Assembly: GCF_009914755.1 (NCBI RefSeq)
Contig: NC_060928.1
DNA from: the human T2T-CHM13v2.0 reference genome, Homo sapiens
Reading direction: 5' to 3' (one strand)
DNA length: 64,000 nucleotides
In this document: in pieces, positions 11,870 to 25,786 of the stretch
Layout: every line of letters starts with the position of its first letter
Position numbering within the stretch: the first letter of the stretch is position 1
Translations under genes and position numbers: made by a program
Notes under the pieces: generated by a model
What the model was told of the DNA's origin: nothing
The model's database searches: none
Seen by the model: only the letters and a program-made list of their open reading frames with translations

Positions 11870-12930
11870 TTTTTTCATCTGAGCAAGTTTCTCAGAATGC
11901 TTTCAGCCTGGAAAAAGCTGGGGGCTCAGAGGTCTTTTTACATTTCAAAGAGCCACAGTCCTTTATATTCAAGGCCAGAAGTATTTTTGTCAATAATACT
12001 TTCGAAAAAACTTTCTGAGTTTTACAAATTAAAAACAAGGAATTTTAAAAGTGGCAAGAAAACACATTTTTTTTTGTTGCCCTAGAAAGGTGAGCTAAAG
12101 GAACAAATTTTTCTTAATGACTATCTAAAAAAACAATTTTGAAGATGTGGTCAAAAAGATTGAATAGGAATGTATCCCATACATATTTCCTTATAGATAG
12201 TTTTACGGATAAGTAATTCAAGATTTGGACCAAAATATATATAAACTAATGTATAACAAATATTAGCTTGGTAGTAGTGTATTGAAATTGATATTTTAAT
12301 TTCCCCAAATCTTTGTGAGGATGGCAGATTAAACAGGGTGTTTTTCAGTGAAAATATAATTTGTATATTTAGTGGTTAATGCATAACTTTTGAGAAAGTC
12401 TTTTTCAAAGACTTGTACATTGAGAAAGTGAATGATTATGATGTCTGAGTTCAACCTTTATGCAAGTCTGATGGTTTCTAATTGTTCGTATTTTAAAAAA
12501 TTGTAATAGGATTTATTTGAGTTTTAAATTGATGGAACTTTTAAAATTAAAGATGATAAATGCTTATTCTGTGATTTTAGCATTTTCCTAAGAAGAGGTT
12601 CAAAGAACTGAGTGATGTAGACGAGACCAAATTCCTTCCATTTTCATTTACTTACATATAAGGACACAATTTCTCAGCACAAACAAGAAAACAGAAGGAA
12701 TAAAATTTGGGGAAAATCTTTTATGAGTTTTTTTTGTCTTTATTTTATTTTAAGTTCTGGGGTACATGTGCAGGATGTGCAGATTTGTTACATAGGTAAA
12801 TGTGAGCCATAGTCACCTAGGTGTTAAGCCGGGTAGGCATTAGCTATTTTTCCTGATGCCATCATGAGTTTTAACGTATTTTATTCTAGTCTACCCATGT
12901 GTCAAAATTCATTTGGGATATACCTCTCTG
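11870..12930 (+). mobile_element. Ancient hAT-Charlie transposase remnant
   Basis: About 12600-12680 translates as FKELSDVDETKFLPFSFTYI*GHNFSA, resembling the hAT dimerisation motif LLPFxSTYLCExxFS. The region is AT-rich. Confidence 0.5.
12730..12860 (-). mobile_element. Short L1PA 3' end with an internal deletion
   Basis: tttaagttctggggtacatgtgcaggatgtgcagatttgttacataggtaaa, flanked by atgagtttt on both sides. Confidence 0.75.
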
Positions 12931-13039
12931 TGTGTCTGTCACTCCATAGTTGCTATTAATTGGGGTATAACAGGTTGTCGTGGGACTATGCCTTTAAGTT
13001 TTCTAGGTACCTGGTTGCACAGCTGGAAGGCTTTCCTAG

Positions 13040-13212
13040 ACCAGGGCTACTCAAAGACGTAACATCAGCATCACCTGGGAGCCAGTTCAAAGTACAAGCT
13101 CTTGGGCCTTTTCCTGTAACTGTGGAATCGGAATCTCTGGAGGTGGTGCTTGGGTATCTGTGTTAACAAGCCTCTGGATGATTCTGAAGCACGCAAAAGT
13201 TTGAGAAATGAC
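13040..13212. mobile_element. MER5A-like hAT MITE
   Basis: cagcatcacctgggag...aatcggaatctctgg...aacaagcc...gattctga...aagtttgagaa. Confidence 0.7.
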
Positions 13213-13214
13213 AG

Positions 13215-14155
13215 GGTACTATCTTATTTCTCCTGGAGTCTGGTCTTTAACCTGGGGACTTGGCTTAACTGGCAGTGCCCTGGGTTGGTTGTTTCCAAGC
13301 TGTATCTTAATGGCCACACCTTGACTTGGTCTTTGTCTCTGCACTGTATTTTATTTGGGAGTCTTTTACTGGCTCGAAGGGCTGGGGATAAAAAACAGTT
13401 CTATTTTCCAACCCAGCTAGTTTGGACTCTGTGTATTCCCTCTAAATTCTGCTTGCAAGCTAACCAGTTCTCCTCTAAGCTATACTATATCATATGTGAT
13501 GAAGTCTTCCAATTGTAACCTTCTGCCTGGCAATCTTCTTGCTCAAGTTCATAGGTTCATTAGGCACATTTTCTATCTTTCAGGTTAGCTCAGGTGACAA
13601 TTTTACCAGATATTTTGTCACTACATAACATAGGTCACAATTTTCCTGCCTCCTATAACTGTTTCCTTTCTTCAGCCTCTATCTGCCTCCTAGGCCCAAA
13701 ACCAATACCACATATTTTAGGATTTTGCTGTGGTACCAATTTCTGTAAACGTTTGATATTGCTGAATAATAAACCACTCCAAAACTTGTGGCTTAAAACA
13801 ATAATTACTTATGACTGCTCACAGGTCCATGGGTTGACTGGGGTTCTGCTGAAAGGCTGGGTGGCTCTGCTCCAGGACATGGTGGCTGCAGTGCCACTGC
13901 AGGCCCGGGTGGCTCCACTCCTTAGAGCAGTGGGCAAGCCAGGGCATGTTCTCATTGCCATGGTAAAGGTGCAAGAAGACAAGTGGAAATATGTGATGCT
14001 TCTGAAGTCCTAGGCTCAGAACTGGCCTCCTCTCGCTTCTGCCCACGTGTCACTGGCCATAGCATGTCACATAATCAAGCCCAAAGCCATGATGAAGCCA
14101 TGACAAAGGTACAAATGCAGGCAAGGGTAAAGAATTAGGAACAATACTTTAATCT
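13215..14155. mobile_element. MLT1 internal fragment plus LTR
   Basis: The junction ggtaccaatttctgta is followed by ccactccaaaacttgtggcttaaaacaata. Confidence 0.5.
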
Positions 14156-14416
14156 GGAATCCTCCCCAACATAAAAATAGAGTCTCTTCTACGTGTTATC
14201 ATACATTTTTAAACGTACACTCCCAGAACATTTCTGTCATTGTCTCAGAAAAGCAGACAATTGTGCCTCCAGAACCTAGACGGTGCCTGACGCACAGTAG
14301 ATATTCAATAAATACCTGCTGAACAAGTGACTGACTGCATAAGTGAATGAATGCATTCCTGATGGATAGTTTGCCAAGTTAGATCTGTAGAGACCAAGAA
14401 TTAAGGGATGATTTGG

Positions 14417-15736
14417 CTGACAAAAACAAGAAATGGGGAAAGGATTCCCTATTTAATAAATGGTGCTGGGGAAACTGGCTGGCCATATGTAGAAAGCTGA
14501 AACTGGATCCCTTCCTTACACCTGATACAAAAATTAAGTCAGGATGGATTAAAGACTTAAATGTTAGACCTAAAACCATAAAAACCCTAGAAGAAAACCT
14601 AGGCAATACCATTCAGGACATAGGCATGGGCAAGGACTTCATGTCTAAAACACCAAAAGCAATAGCAACAACAGCCAAAATTGACAAATGGGATCTAATA
14701 AAACTAAAGAGCTTCTGCACAGCAAAAGAAACTACCATCAGAGTGAACAGGCAACCTACAGAATGGGAGAAAATTTTTGCCATCTATCCATCTGACAAAG
14801 GGCTAATATCCAGAATCTACAAATAACTTAAACAAATTTACAAGAAAAAAACAACCCCATCAAAAAGTGGGCAAAGGATATGAGCAGACACTTCTCAAAA
14901 GAAGACATTTATGCAGCCAAGAGACACATGAAAAAATGCTCACTACTGGTCATTAGAGAAATGCAAATCAAAACCACAATGAGATACCATCTCACACCAG
15001 TTAGAATGGCGATCATTAAAAAGTCAGGAAACAACAGGTGCTGGAGAGGATGTGGAGAAATAGGAATGCTTTTACACTGTTGGTGGGAGTGTAAACTAGT
15101 TCAACCATTGTGGAAGATAGTGTGGCGATTCCTCAAGGATCTAGAACTAGAAATACCATTTGACCCAGCCATCCCATTACTGGGTATATACCCATAGGAT
15201 TATAAATCATGCTACTCTAAAGACACATGCACACGTATGTTTACTGCAGCACTATTCACAACAGCAAAAACTTGGAACCAGCCCAAATGTCCAACAATGA
15301 TAGACTGGATTAAGAAAATGTAGCACACATACACCACGGAATACTATGCAACCATAAAAAAAGATGAGTTCATGTCCCTTTGCAGGGACATGGATGAAGC
15401 TGGAAACCATCATTCTGAGCAAACTATCACAAGGACAGAAAACGAAACACCGCATGTTCTCACTCATAGATGGGAATTGAACAGTGAGAACACTTGGACA
15501 TGGGGGGGAGCATCACACACAGGGGCCTGTCATGGGCTCGGGGGCAGGGGGAGGGATAGCATTAGGAGAAATACCTAATGTAAATGACGAGTTAATGGGT
15601 GCAGGAAACAAACATGGCACATGTATACCTATGTAACAAACCTGCACGTTGTGCACATGTACCCTAGAACTTAAAGTATAATTAAAAAAATAAGTTAAAG
15701 CAATAAACAGTATTCAAGTATACTAAAAAAAAAAAA
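14417..15736 (+). mobile_element. 5'-truncated L1PA (about L1PA5-7): ORF2 C-terminus, 3'UTR and tail
   Basis: ORFs 14413-14826 and 14880-15197 are L1 ORF2p ([26 protein letters not shown]). TSD aagggatgatttgg(14403-14416)/aaggaatggtttgg(15735-15748). Confidence 0.92.
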
Positions 15737-16339
15737 GGAATGGTTTGGAATCTTGTCTGGACGTTTAATTCAAACCTTCAAGCTTTTCATCAGTATGTCT
15801 TCTTAGGAAAATAAAAGCTTACCTTTGTGTTTGGACTTCATAGGAGCAAAGCAATGCTTAGCATTTGGAAGACAACATAAACTAAAAAAGAGTAATAAAG
15901 GAAAAAAAATGGAACCAAAGGGAAATTGCCGAGAAGGAAGAGCTGATGAAATACCTATGGGGGATTTCATGCTACTTTATTTTTCTCAAACTCTTTCTTT
16001 GAAGGGATGAGTGAGGGAGTTCTAAGTGGCCGTCCCATGGGCGCCCAGCCCACCACTGCATGTGTTTTGTAATCAGAGCCAAGAATCAAGTGGAGAGAAG
16101 GTAGCACTGTAGTAAAACCTCCCTGCGCAATCTTGTTGGCAGGCTGTGTGACAACCTCAGTGAAGTGCATGGGACGGTCTGATGTTGGCTGACCTTGTTC
16201 ACACCTTTCTTCTGTCTGTGCTCATGGTCTGGCTGTTGCTGCACATGACAATGGCAATATTTCTCCCCTTCAGAACTCGCTTCTCTGCTCTACTTTTCCA
16301 GAATTTTATTTTTACAAATATGTTGCAGTGCTTGGGACT

Positions 16340-16783
16340 AAAAGGAGAGAGAAATACAAGAAAGGGAGGAGGGAGGGAGGGAGGGACGGAAGGAAGGAAG
16401 GAAAGTTAGGACAAAGAAACGAAGGAAGGATAAAGGAAGGACAAAGCAAGGAGGAAAAATGAAGGAAGGACGGAAAGAAGGAAAGAAGGATGAAGGAAGA
16501 ATGGAAGGAAGGAAGGATGAAGGAGGGAATGTTGAAGGAAAGAAGGAAGGGAGGAAGGAAGAAGGAAGGAAGGAACAAGGGAAGGAAGGAAGGACAAACA
16601 AGGGAAGGAAGGAAGGAGGGATGGAAGAACAAAGGAAGGAAGGAGGGATGGAAGGAAGGATGAATGAAGGAAGGAAGAAAGGGAAAGGGAAAGAAAGGGA
16701 AAGAAAGAAAGGAAAGAAGAAAGGAAGGAAGAAAGAAAGAAAAAGAGAAAGAAAGAAAGAAACAAAGAAAGAAGAAAGAAAGA
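16340..16783 (+). repeat. Polypurine (GGAA/GAAA) low-complexity tract
   Basis: About 440 nt of almost pure A/G. Confidence 0.95.
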
Positions 16784-16872
16784 ATCTGGAGAAGGGCTCT
16801 GGGAGACCTCGGCATTATGGGAGTAGTAACTTGCCCTGTTTTTTCTTCTGTGCATAGGCTGCTCAGAGGTCA

Positions 16873-17313
<441 letters not shown>

Positions 17314-18689
17314 CTAGGTTTCAGTGCTGTTGGAACCAGCTCAGGACCCACAGACTCTAAACTCCACAGCAGAGCAGTTTTTGAGCCTGGTGAGGTGGGA
17401 GGGTAATGAGAAGTTGTTAATCTAAGGCAGTGACCTTTCCCTGCAAGTGTGGAAATGCTCATCGGAGGACTCCTCCTGCCTGGGATAAGGCCTGTCAGCA
17501 GGACAGCAAGCAGATGCGTGGAGGAGGAGACGGGCTTCGGTGAAAGGCCATGCCCGCAGCCTTCCCAGAGGCCCTTACAGATCATGGCTCTCAGGCAGCC
17601 CAGGGAACCTCAGGCTCAAAGGCTATCAGGGTTTCAGTCTCCTCAGTTTTCCCTTGAAATAGGATGGCCATTGTGGGGCTTAGAATGAGGGGATGTTTGG
17701 AATGAAACCCTTTTAGAACACACCACCAGGGCTGAGATGTGTGTTAACTGCTTGGCCCATAGAAAAGGTAGGCTTCGCCTGGGCTGCATTTCAGGAGGCC
17801 TGAGAACCTCCGGATACAGCCTCTGCCTCAGCGGGTGCCAAGTTCTAGATTAAGTTTCTGCCTTTTGGGACTGTAGGACTGAAGAGAGTTCTTGACCACA
17901 GATGATTGACACACTCAGAGAGTAAAAAATATCCACACTGCCAGAGCAGCTAGTTGCCAGCTTTACGCAATTTTATTTAACCAACCAGCACTAGCTATGA
18001 GACAGACCCTTTTCTAAGTGTTTTATACATTTTAACTCCTATTGTATCAACCTCCTGTGCTATCTATCCCATTGTATAGATAAGGAAGCTGAGGCACAGA
18101 GAGGTTGAGTAACTTGGCCCAGGTAACGCAGCCTGGAAGAGGTGCTACCAGGCAATCTAGTGTTCTAATCTCATTCTAAGTCTGTTCTAATCATCACACT
18201 CTGCTGTCCCTCCATGTTTACCACTGGATAGAATATGGAGTGAAGACATAGAAAGTCCAACAGAAGTCCTTCTGTGGCTCTGGCTTTCAGAGCTGCAACT
18301 TTTGGTGTCATCTGACAGATGCACAGAGCATTACAAAAGCAGCCACAGCTTGAGCACTGAAGGCTTGCTTTTTGGAGGCTCAGCACACTCTAAGTCCTCC
18401 TGCTGAGTAAAAGGGTGCCAGGCACAGTCTAATTTGGTCACACTTTGGGGGAGCAAATACCTAAGCACTTTGGAGCTGGTGGATTTATCTGCAGGGATTG
18501 CAGGGATGCCTGGTGTGGGGATTTGCACAAACCCAAAACACGAACCCCCAGATGGCAAATACATGCTTAATGCTCATTAAAGAGATGGGCTGCTTGAAGG
18601 AATTCCTCCATTTCTTGCAAAAGGCAACTCGTATGATGGAAAAAACACAAGTTTTGGAGTCAGAGACTCAGCTGTGTGACCTTGGGTAA

Positions 18690-19070
<381 letters not shown>

Positions 19071-21643
19071 CTTATAGGGTGTTTATAGAGGCTGAAGGAG
19101 ATAATATACAGCTCATCTGGATGGGTCAAACCATTGACTAAGAGAAGGGACATTCCCAGAGGATGCACCATATGGAGGTTAGGAATCAGGAGGTGTGCTC
19201 TGGGATGGGCACATTCCCTTGAGAGCTGAAGATGAGCTCCCTGGCTGAGTGGTGCAGCTGAAAGTTCAGGGACTTAGGAGTCAGTCAGCTCTGGGTTCAA
19301 TTCTTACCTCTATCCCTTATGGGTGACCTTGGAGAATCACCTAAGCTTTCTCAATTCAGCTTTTTCACTAATAAAATTGGAATTTTGACGCAGGTCTCTT
19401 AGGACTGTCAACATTTGATGTGCTAATGAATGTAGAGAGTGTTAAAATAAAGCTAGCTTTCTCTAACCTTATAGGCTATAGCTTTATGAGTCAGCTAGCA
19501 GTCATGACATTCATCTCCCAAGGTCTGCAACAGATAAACATCTATCCCAGTGTTCACTGGACCCTTTATTGCTATTATTTTTAACTATAAACCTTGTTAA
19601 ATCACTTATAGTTACACAAGGAGGGAAGGGAATGACAGTGACTGGACCCCATTGGAGAATCACTCTAGTAGCCAAACAGTGGGGGAGCTTTTCCAGTTTC
19701 CCCTTTGTTAACGTCATTCCTACATATTGACATGTACTTAACCTTTGTAATGTGACTTGGCAAGGCTAGGTTTTGAGGAGGACAGAGTTTTCTTCCAGGA
19801 AAGTCTCTCTTCCCTTCTCTCCCATCTTTCTCTCTGTAAAATCACCTCTTGACAACACCCACCAGTTTTGACTCAATGGTGGGCCACTTTTATTCAAAGA
19901 ATACAAGGATCTCTAGTGGGTCCCTGAATGAGTTTTAAATGGGGTGTATGACACCCCTGAAATGGTGTTACATTTCCTCCGTTAGGGGGTCCACACAGTC
20001 ACAAGGCTCCATGACCCTCCCTCCCCCACAAAGGTTAAGAAACATTGTTCTGAGAGAAGAACGATGCAGAAATGCTACTCCATTTGGGGCCTAAGCACAA
20101 TTTATTTCCGCAAAAGGATGGGAGGCAGATTTCCTTGGAACTTTTCCCGCTTTCCCTAACACAGAAGTTGTAGCAGTAAAAAAGATGTAAATCTTTTGTG
20201 CAGTTTCTTTCCCTAAGTATTTATCTTTGCTTTCTGGGGAGGAAGTCCTGTGTCTTTAGCTCCTCTGTGTCACTGAACCCCCATCTCTGGACCTGTCCAC
20301 AGAGCAGGTAAACTTGCCTTTTCTAGAAGACCTTTGTCCTTGAAACCCTTAACTTGTTGATGGATGTTGTCATTAAAAGTCCGCAGCTGAGCAGAAGCCC
20401 TCCTGGACTCTGAGTTATGGAGTCTCCAAGCCTCTGTGAGCTGGTGACTGGTTAGGTGGCGCTGGGTGACCCCATGAACTTCCCTTACTACTGCAAACAG
20501 CCTTGCCCAACATGCACGAGCACCAGATGTCAGAAACCTAGTTGTGCCATTTAGTTTCTTCTTGTTTAGTTTCTAGAGGGTCCTAATTTGTGGCTTTTAA
20601 AGTAATTTGTCCCAAAACAAGCACCGTAGACTGATCGACTCTCTTGGGTATTTGTTTCCCATAAATCCAGCTCTCCTTAGATGAGCTTCAACTTGGATTG
20701 GAAAGAGAATTTGTTTAGTTATGCTGGGCTGTAGGCACTAAATTGGGCCGTATTGTCACTTCTCTTTGGTAATATAAACAAGCCCACAGACTGCTCACTC
20801 TCGTCAGTGACTGTAATCGGTCAAGTCTGCTTGCTGTGCTATAATTCAGAAGGAAAAAGTCCGATAACTTAGTCTGAGCTTCACCTTTCATGAGCCATCA
20901 GTTCATACATCACCTATGACATAAAAAGGGCCTCATTCCCACAGAGTTAGCCCCAGAAGGTTTTTCCCGGTGTTAAGTTCTTAAAAATAGCATCTGTGCT
21001 TAGGACATTATTCTCCAAAATTTTACACAAGTGCCAATGATTCTACTATATCAGCCTTGCAGGATAATTCCTCAGGGCTCCTTCTGTTTATTTAGGCCAG
21101 AGTGAATATTCAAGAACATAATATTTTGCAGGTCAATCTTTTATTGCTCAATCCAACCTACAGTATGCACCACACCTTGAATACCAGTCAACAGGGCTCT
21201 GAGGATAAAGGTTCACCTGCTTGTCATTTAGAACATTAATCATTTGACACATATTTTATTGGGTATCTACTCTTTGCCAGGCACAGTATCAGAATGGGGG
21301 CTAACGCAGAGAAGAGGATGGGCAAGGCTCTTGGTCTTCTGAAGCTTCTATTTGTATGAAGAAGATGGACCAAACATATAAAATAGTAATGGATAGATAG
21401 TAGAACTATGAAGGAAATAGCTAAGATGGTCTAATAAAGATTAATGAAGATGAGGATGGTCAGTGAATGGGTCTCTACAAAAAAAAAAAAAAAAAAAATT
21501 CAGCTGAACCTGTAGAATAAGTAGCCAAAGGGGTCAGAGGGGAGAAGTGATCCAGGCAAAGGACCCGTCCTTCGTCTTAGTATTGCTGGACAATTGCCCA
21601 TGGTTTTTTTTATCCACTGGAATGTTAGAAACCTGAACTTTTG

Positions 21644-21936
21644 ACCCAGCATGGTGGCTCACACCTGTAATCCCAACACTTTGGGAGGCTGAGGTGGGTG
21701 GATCACTTGAGGCCAGGAGTTCAAGACTAGCCTGGCCAACATGGCAAGACCCCATCTCTACTAAAAATACAAAAATTAGCCAGGCATGCTGGTGCACGCC
21801 TGTAACCCCAGCCTCTTGGGAGTCTGAGGCATGAGAAATCGCTTGAACCCAGGAGGCAGAGATTGCAGCGAGCTGAGATCGCACCACTGCACTCCAGCCT
21901 GGGCAACAGAGCGAGACTGTCTAAAAAAAAACCCCA
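21644..21936 (+). mobile_element. Alu (old S/J)
   Basis: Full dimer. TSD aaacctgaactttt. Confidence 0.9.
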
Positions 21937-22847
21937 AAACCTGAACTTTTGTCTCTTAAAATAGTGCATGAGACTAGCTAGTTGTGATGATTTGAGAGTT
22001 GAAGTATTGTCTTGAATAATTGAGTGGCTTTATTTCAGAAGAACCCTCCCCTCCGTAGACCCCCTGGGGGAACCCGGGGAGTGTTCTGCCCATGGGAAGA
22101 GTGAGCCCAGATCACTCCCTGCCTGGTTCATTACAACCCTGGGAGAACACCAAGAACTCACTTTGTTGATACACAGTCTCCCAATGGAAAAATTACTTCC
22201 TGCTTGTAAATGAGTCACCAGGGGGTGTTGGTTTTCCTTCCAGAGGTCAGGCATGCTATTGAGCGCTGTGATTCCCAACTTGGGAGAACTGGGACACCCT
22301 CATGTCATTTGTTAGATTTCTTGATGACCTCATCCTCCAAAAGTGCTATGAGACAAATGTGCTTGTTTTAAACATTTAACTGGTCATAAAATTCATTTTA
22401 CTTTGAGGAGTTTTGAAAAACTGATGAAACCCCAGGTGTTGGAAACCCATTGTTAGGCATTAAATAATACGTCGATTCGTTCAGGATCCTAATAGCCAGA
22501 AAGAAAAACTAGTTTCTTAAGATGTTTCTGTTGTTCAGAAAGGGAGGCAAGCTAATGATCTGAAACAAGAAAACCTCTGAAAAAGAAAAGGTGAGGCTGG
22601 CATTTGGATATCTGCTTGGGTAAAATGGTGGATGATTTGCCTTACTTTTGAGAAGGATGGTTCCTGAGTGTATCACCACTACCCTGGAGCATTCTCAGAG
22701 CTGCTGCCCTCTGAGACAGCAGGGGCTATGCTGGAGCCCCCATTTCTCCTTCCATGGACCTAGAGATGCTGAGATGTTCTCTCCCTCCCCTTCCTGAAGC
22801 CTGTCCCGACATTTCAATGGGAGATGCTCAGTGAAAATTTTCATTTA

Positions 22848-23270
22848 TGTTTCGTGTTGAATTGTGTCCCCTCAAAAGATATTGAAATGCTAACTCCCAG
22901 TACCAGTGAATGTGACCTTATTTGAAAACAGGGTTTTTGCAGATGATCAAGTCAAGGTGAGGCCATTAGGTTGGGTCCTAATCCAACATGATGTATTTCT
23001 TACAAAAGTAGAAAATGTGGTCAGAGAGACAGACAGGTACAGAGGGAGGATGAGGTGAAGATGCAGTGAGAACGCCATCTACAAGCCAAGGAATTCTATC
23101 ATAAGCTAGGAGAAAGACAGGGAACAGATTCTCTTTCACCGCCCTCAGAAGGAACCAACAGTGTTAATACCTTGACATCAGACTTCCAGCCTCCAGAACT
23201 GTGAGATGATGAACTCCTATTGTTTAAGCCACCCAGGACTTCATTATGGCAGCATCAGGAAACCAATACA
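22848..23270 (+). mobile_element. MLT1B/C solo LTR
   Basis: gttgaattgtgtcccc...gaatgtgaccttatttgaaa...gacttccagcctccagaactgtgaga...ccaataca. Confidence 0.8.
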
Positions 23271-23661
23271 CTCAGCATGCATTTTCTCAGTAAATAGGAG
23301 GTGAACACATACTTGGGATGAGAAACTACTTCTTAGGCCTTTCTTTTTTTTTTAATTTTTATTTTTAATTTTATCTTTTACTTTTTAGGGCCTTTCTTTA
23401 TCTTAGGTGCAGAGGGGCCTAGATCTCAAAAGTGTTTGCCATTACTATCACCATAGTCACTATTATGATTTATTTTCTGCCAAACTCTGTATTAATAGCA
23501 TTACTTTCATTATTTCATATATTTCTTAAAAAGTAGCCAACTGTATACCCATTTTATAGGAGAGAGTACATTGGGATCACCCATCTGATTAATGATGAGA
23601 CTTGAGTTTTAACTATGCTGGGGGGCTCAGGATCCTGGCTTAGGGGCTTCTGAAGGACTGG

Positions 23662-24164
23662 TATATTAGTCAGGGTTCTCTAGAGAGACATGACTAATAG
23701 GATAGATGTATACAGGAAAGGGAGTTTATTAAGGAGTATTGACCCACATGATCACAAGATAAAGTCCCACAATTGGTCATCTGCAAGCTGAGGAGCAAGG
23801 AAGCCAGTCAGAGTCCCAAAACCTCAAAAGTAGGGAAGCCCACAGTGCAGTGTAGGTCCAATAGTCCAAAAGCTGAAGAACCTGGACTCTGATGTTCAAG
23901 GACAGGAAGCACCCAGCATAGGAGAAAGATGGAGGCCAGAAGACTTCGCCAGTCTAGTCCTTCCACGTTCCTCTGCCTGCTTTTATCCTAGCCGTGCTGG
24001 CAGCTGATTAGATGGTGCCCACCCAGATCGAGGGTGGGTCTTCCTCTCCCAGTCCGCTGACTCAAATGTTAACCTCCTTTGACAACACCCTCACAGACAC
24101 ACCCAGGAACAATACTTTGCATCCTTCAATCCAATCAAGTTGACACTCAATATTAACCATCACA
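23662..24164 (-). mobile_element. MLT2A solo LTR (HERV-L)
   Basis: tatattagtcagggttctctagag...caagttgacactcaatattaaccatcaca. 5-bp TSD ACTGG at 23657-23661 and 24165-24169. Confidence 0.88.
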
Positions 24165-25100
24165 ACTGGGAATTGTAAGTCATACTAAAGTATAGCTTCT
24201 TATGGGTAAAGGAGTTGTAGAGGGTTGGTCTAGGACTCTATCTACCAATAATAAGACCATGTGTTTAGGAAAATGTGCTCTGAGTTTCACATAACTGACT
24301 TGCTAATGAATCTTTGAGACATATTCATTAGTTAGTTGGTTATATTTATGGGTTGCCTGTGGCATTAAGTTGAAATGTTATGTTACTTATAACCATGGTT
24401 CAGAATTTTTTAAAAATGTGCAGAGGTGTGCTATATTTTCTTTGTTAAATAATATTAGAAGATTTAAAATGCATCTTTTCTCCCAGCTGGATGAAGGGAG
24501 GTATTAATGGGGCTATTCGATTACAGATTAGCAGGATGGAAATGAAATTGAGGGGAAATCAGTAAATCAGAATGAGAGATTTATGTTTTAGTAAAGTCAC
24601 TAACTTTTACAAATTAAAAATAGGGATGATGAGAGAAACAATTCCCCAGAAATCAAATAACCACACTTTTTGGATTGATGAAGATGGCCCTCCCTACTCC
24701 CTTTTTCCTCCATAAATGTTTTGTTCAGAATAAGGAGTATAATCATGGTAAGTGAATGTACAAAATAAGTTTTTTTCTTTTATAAAGAAAGCTTTTGAAA
24801 CCTTATAACTAGAATTACTTGAGAAAATTATAATTATAATTTTGGCACTGATTCATTATAAAAGTTACTTACTAGATAATCAAAAGGGTGATTTTCTAAT
24901 TTCCTGGTCAACACATTTTCTGAGACACTCTATTAATCAGATCTCAATTGGATGCAAATATCAGAATCTTAAATTAAACAGCTTAAAAAGTGGGAGGGAT
25001 TTTAAAAGTCACCTAATTGCAAAGTCTAGTATGATCTCTATTAGTCAATAAAGATGAATGTATGAACCCAGAACAAAACCAGTCTCACCTGTTGATGTTA

Positions 25101-25786
<686 letters not shown>

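Noticed and set aside
14413-15197. 137-aa and 105-aa ORFs as a gene
   Set aside because: They are broken C-terminal pieces of L1 ORF2 in a 5'-truncated copy.
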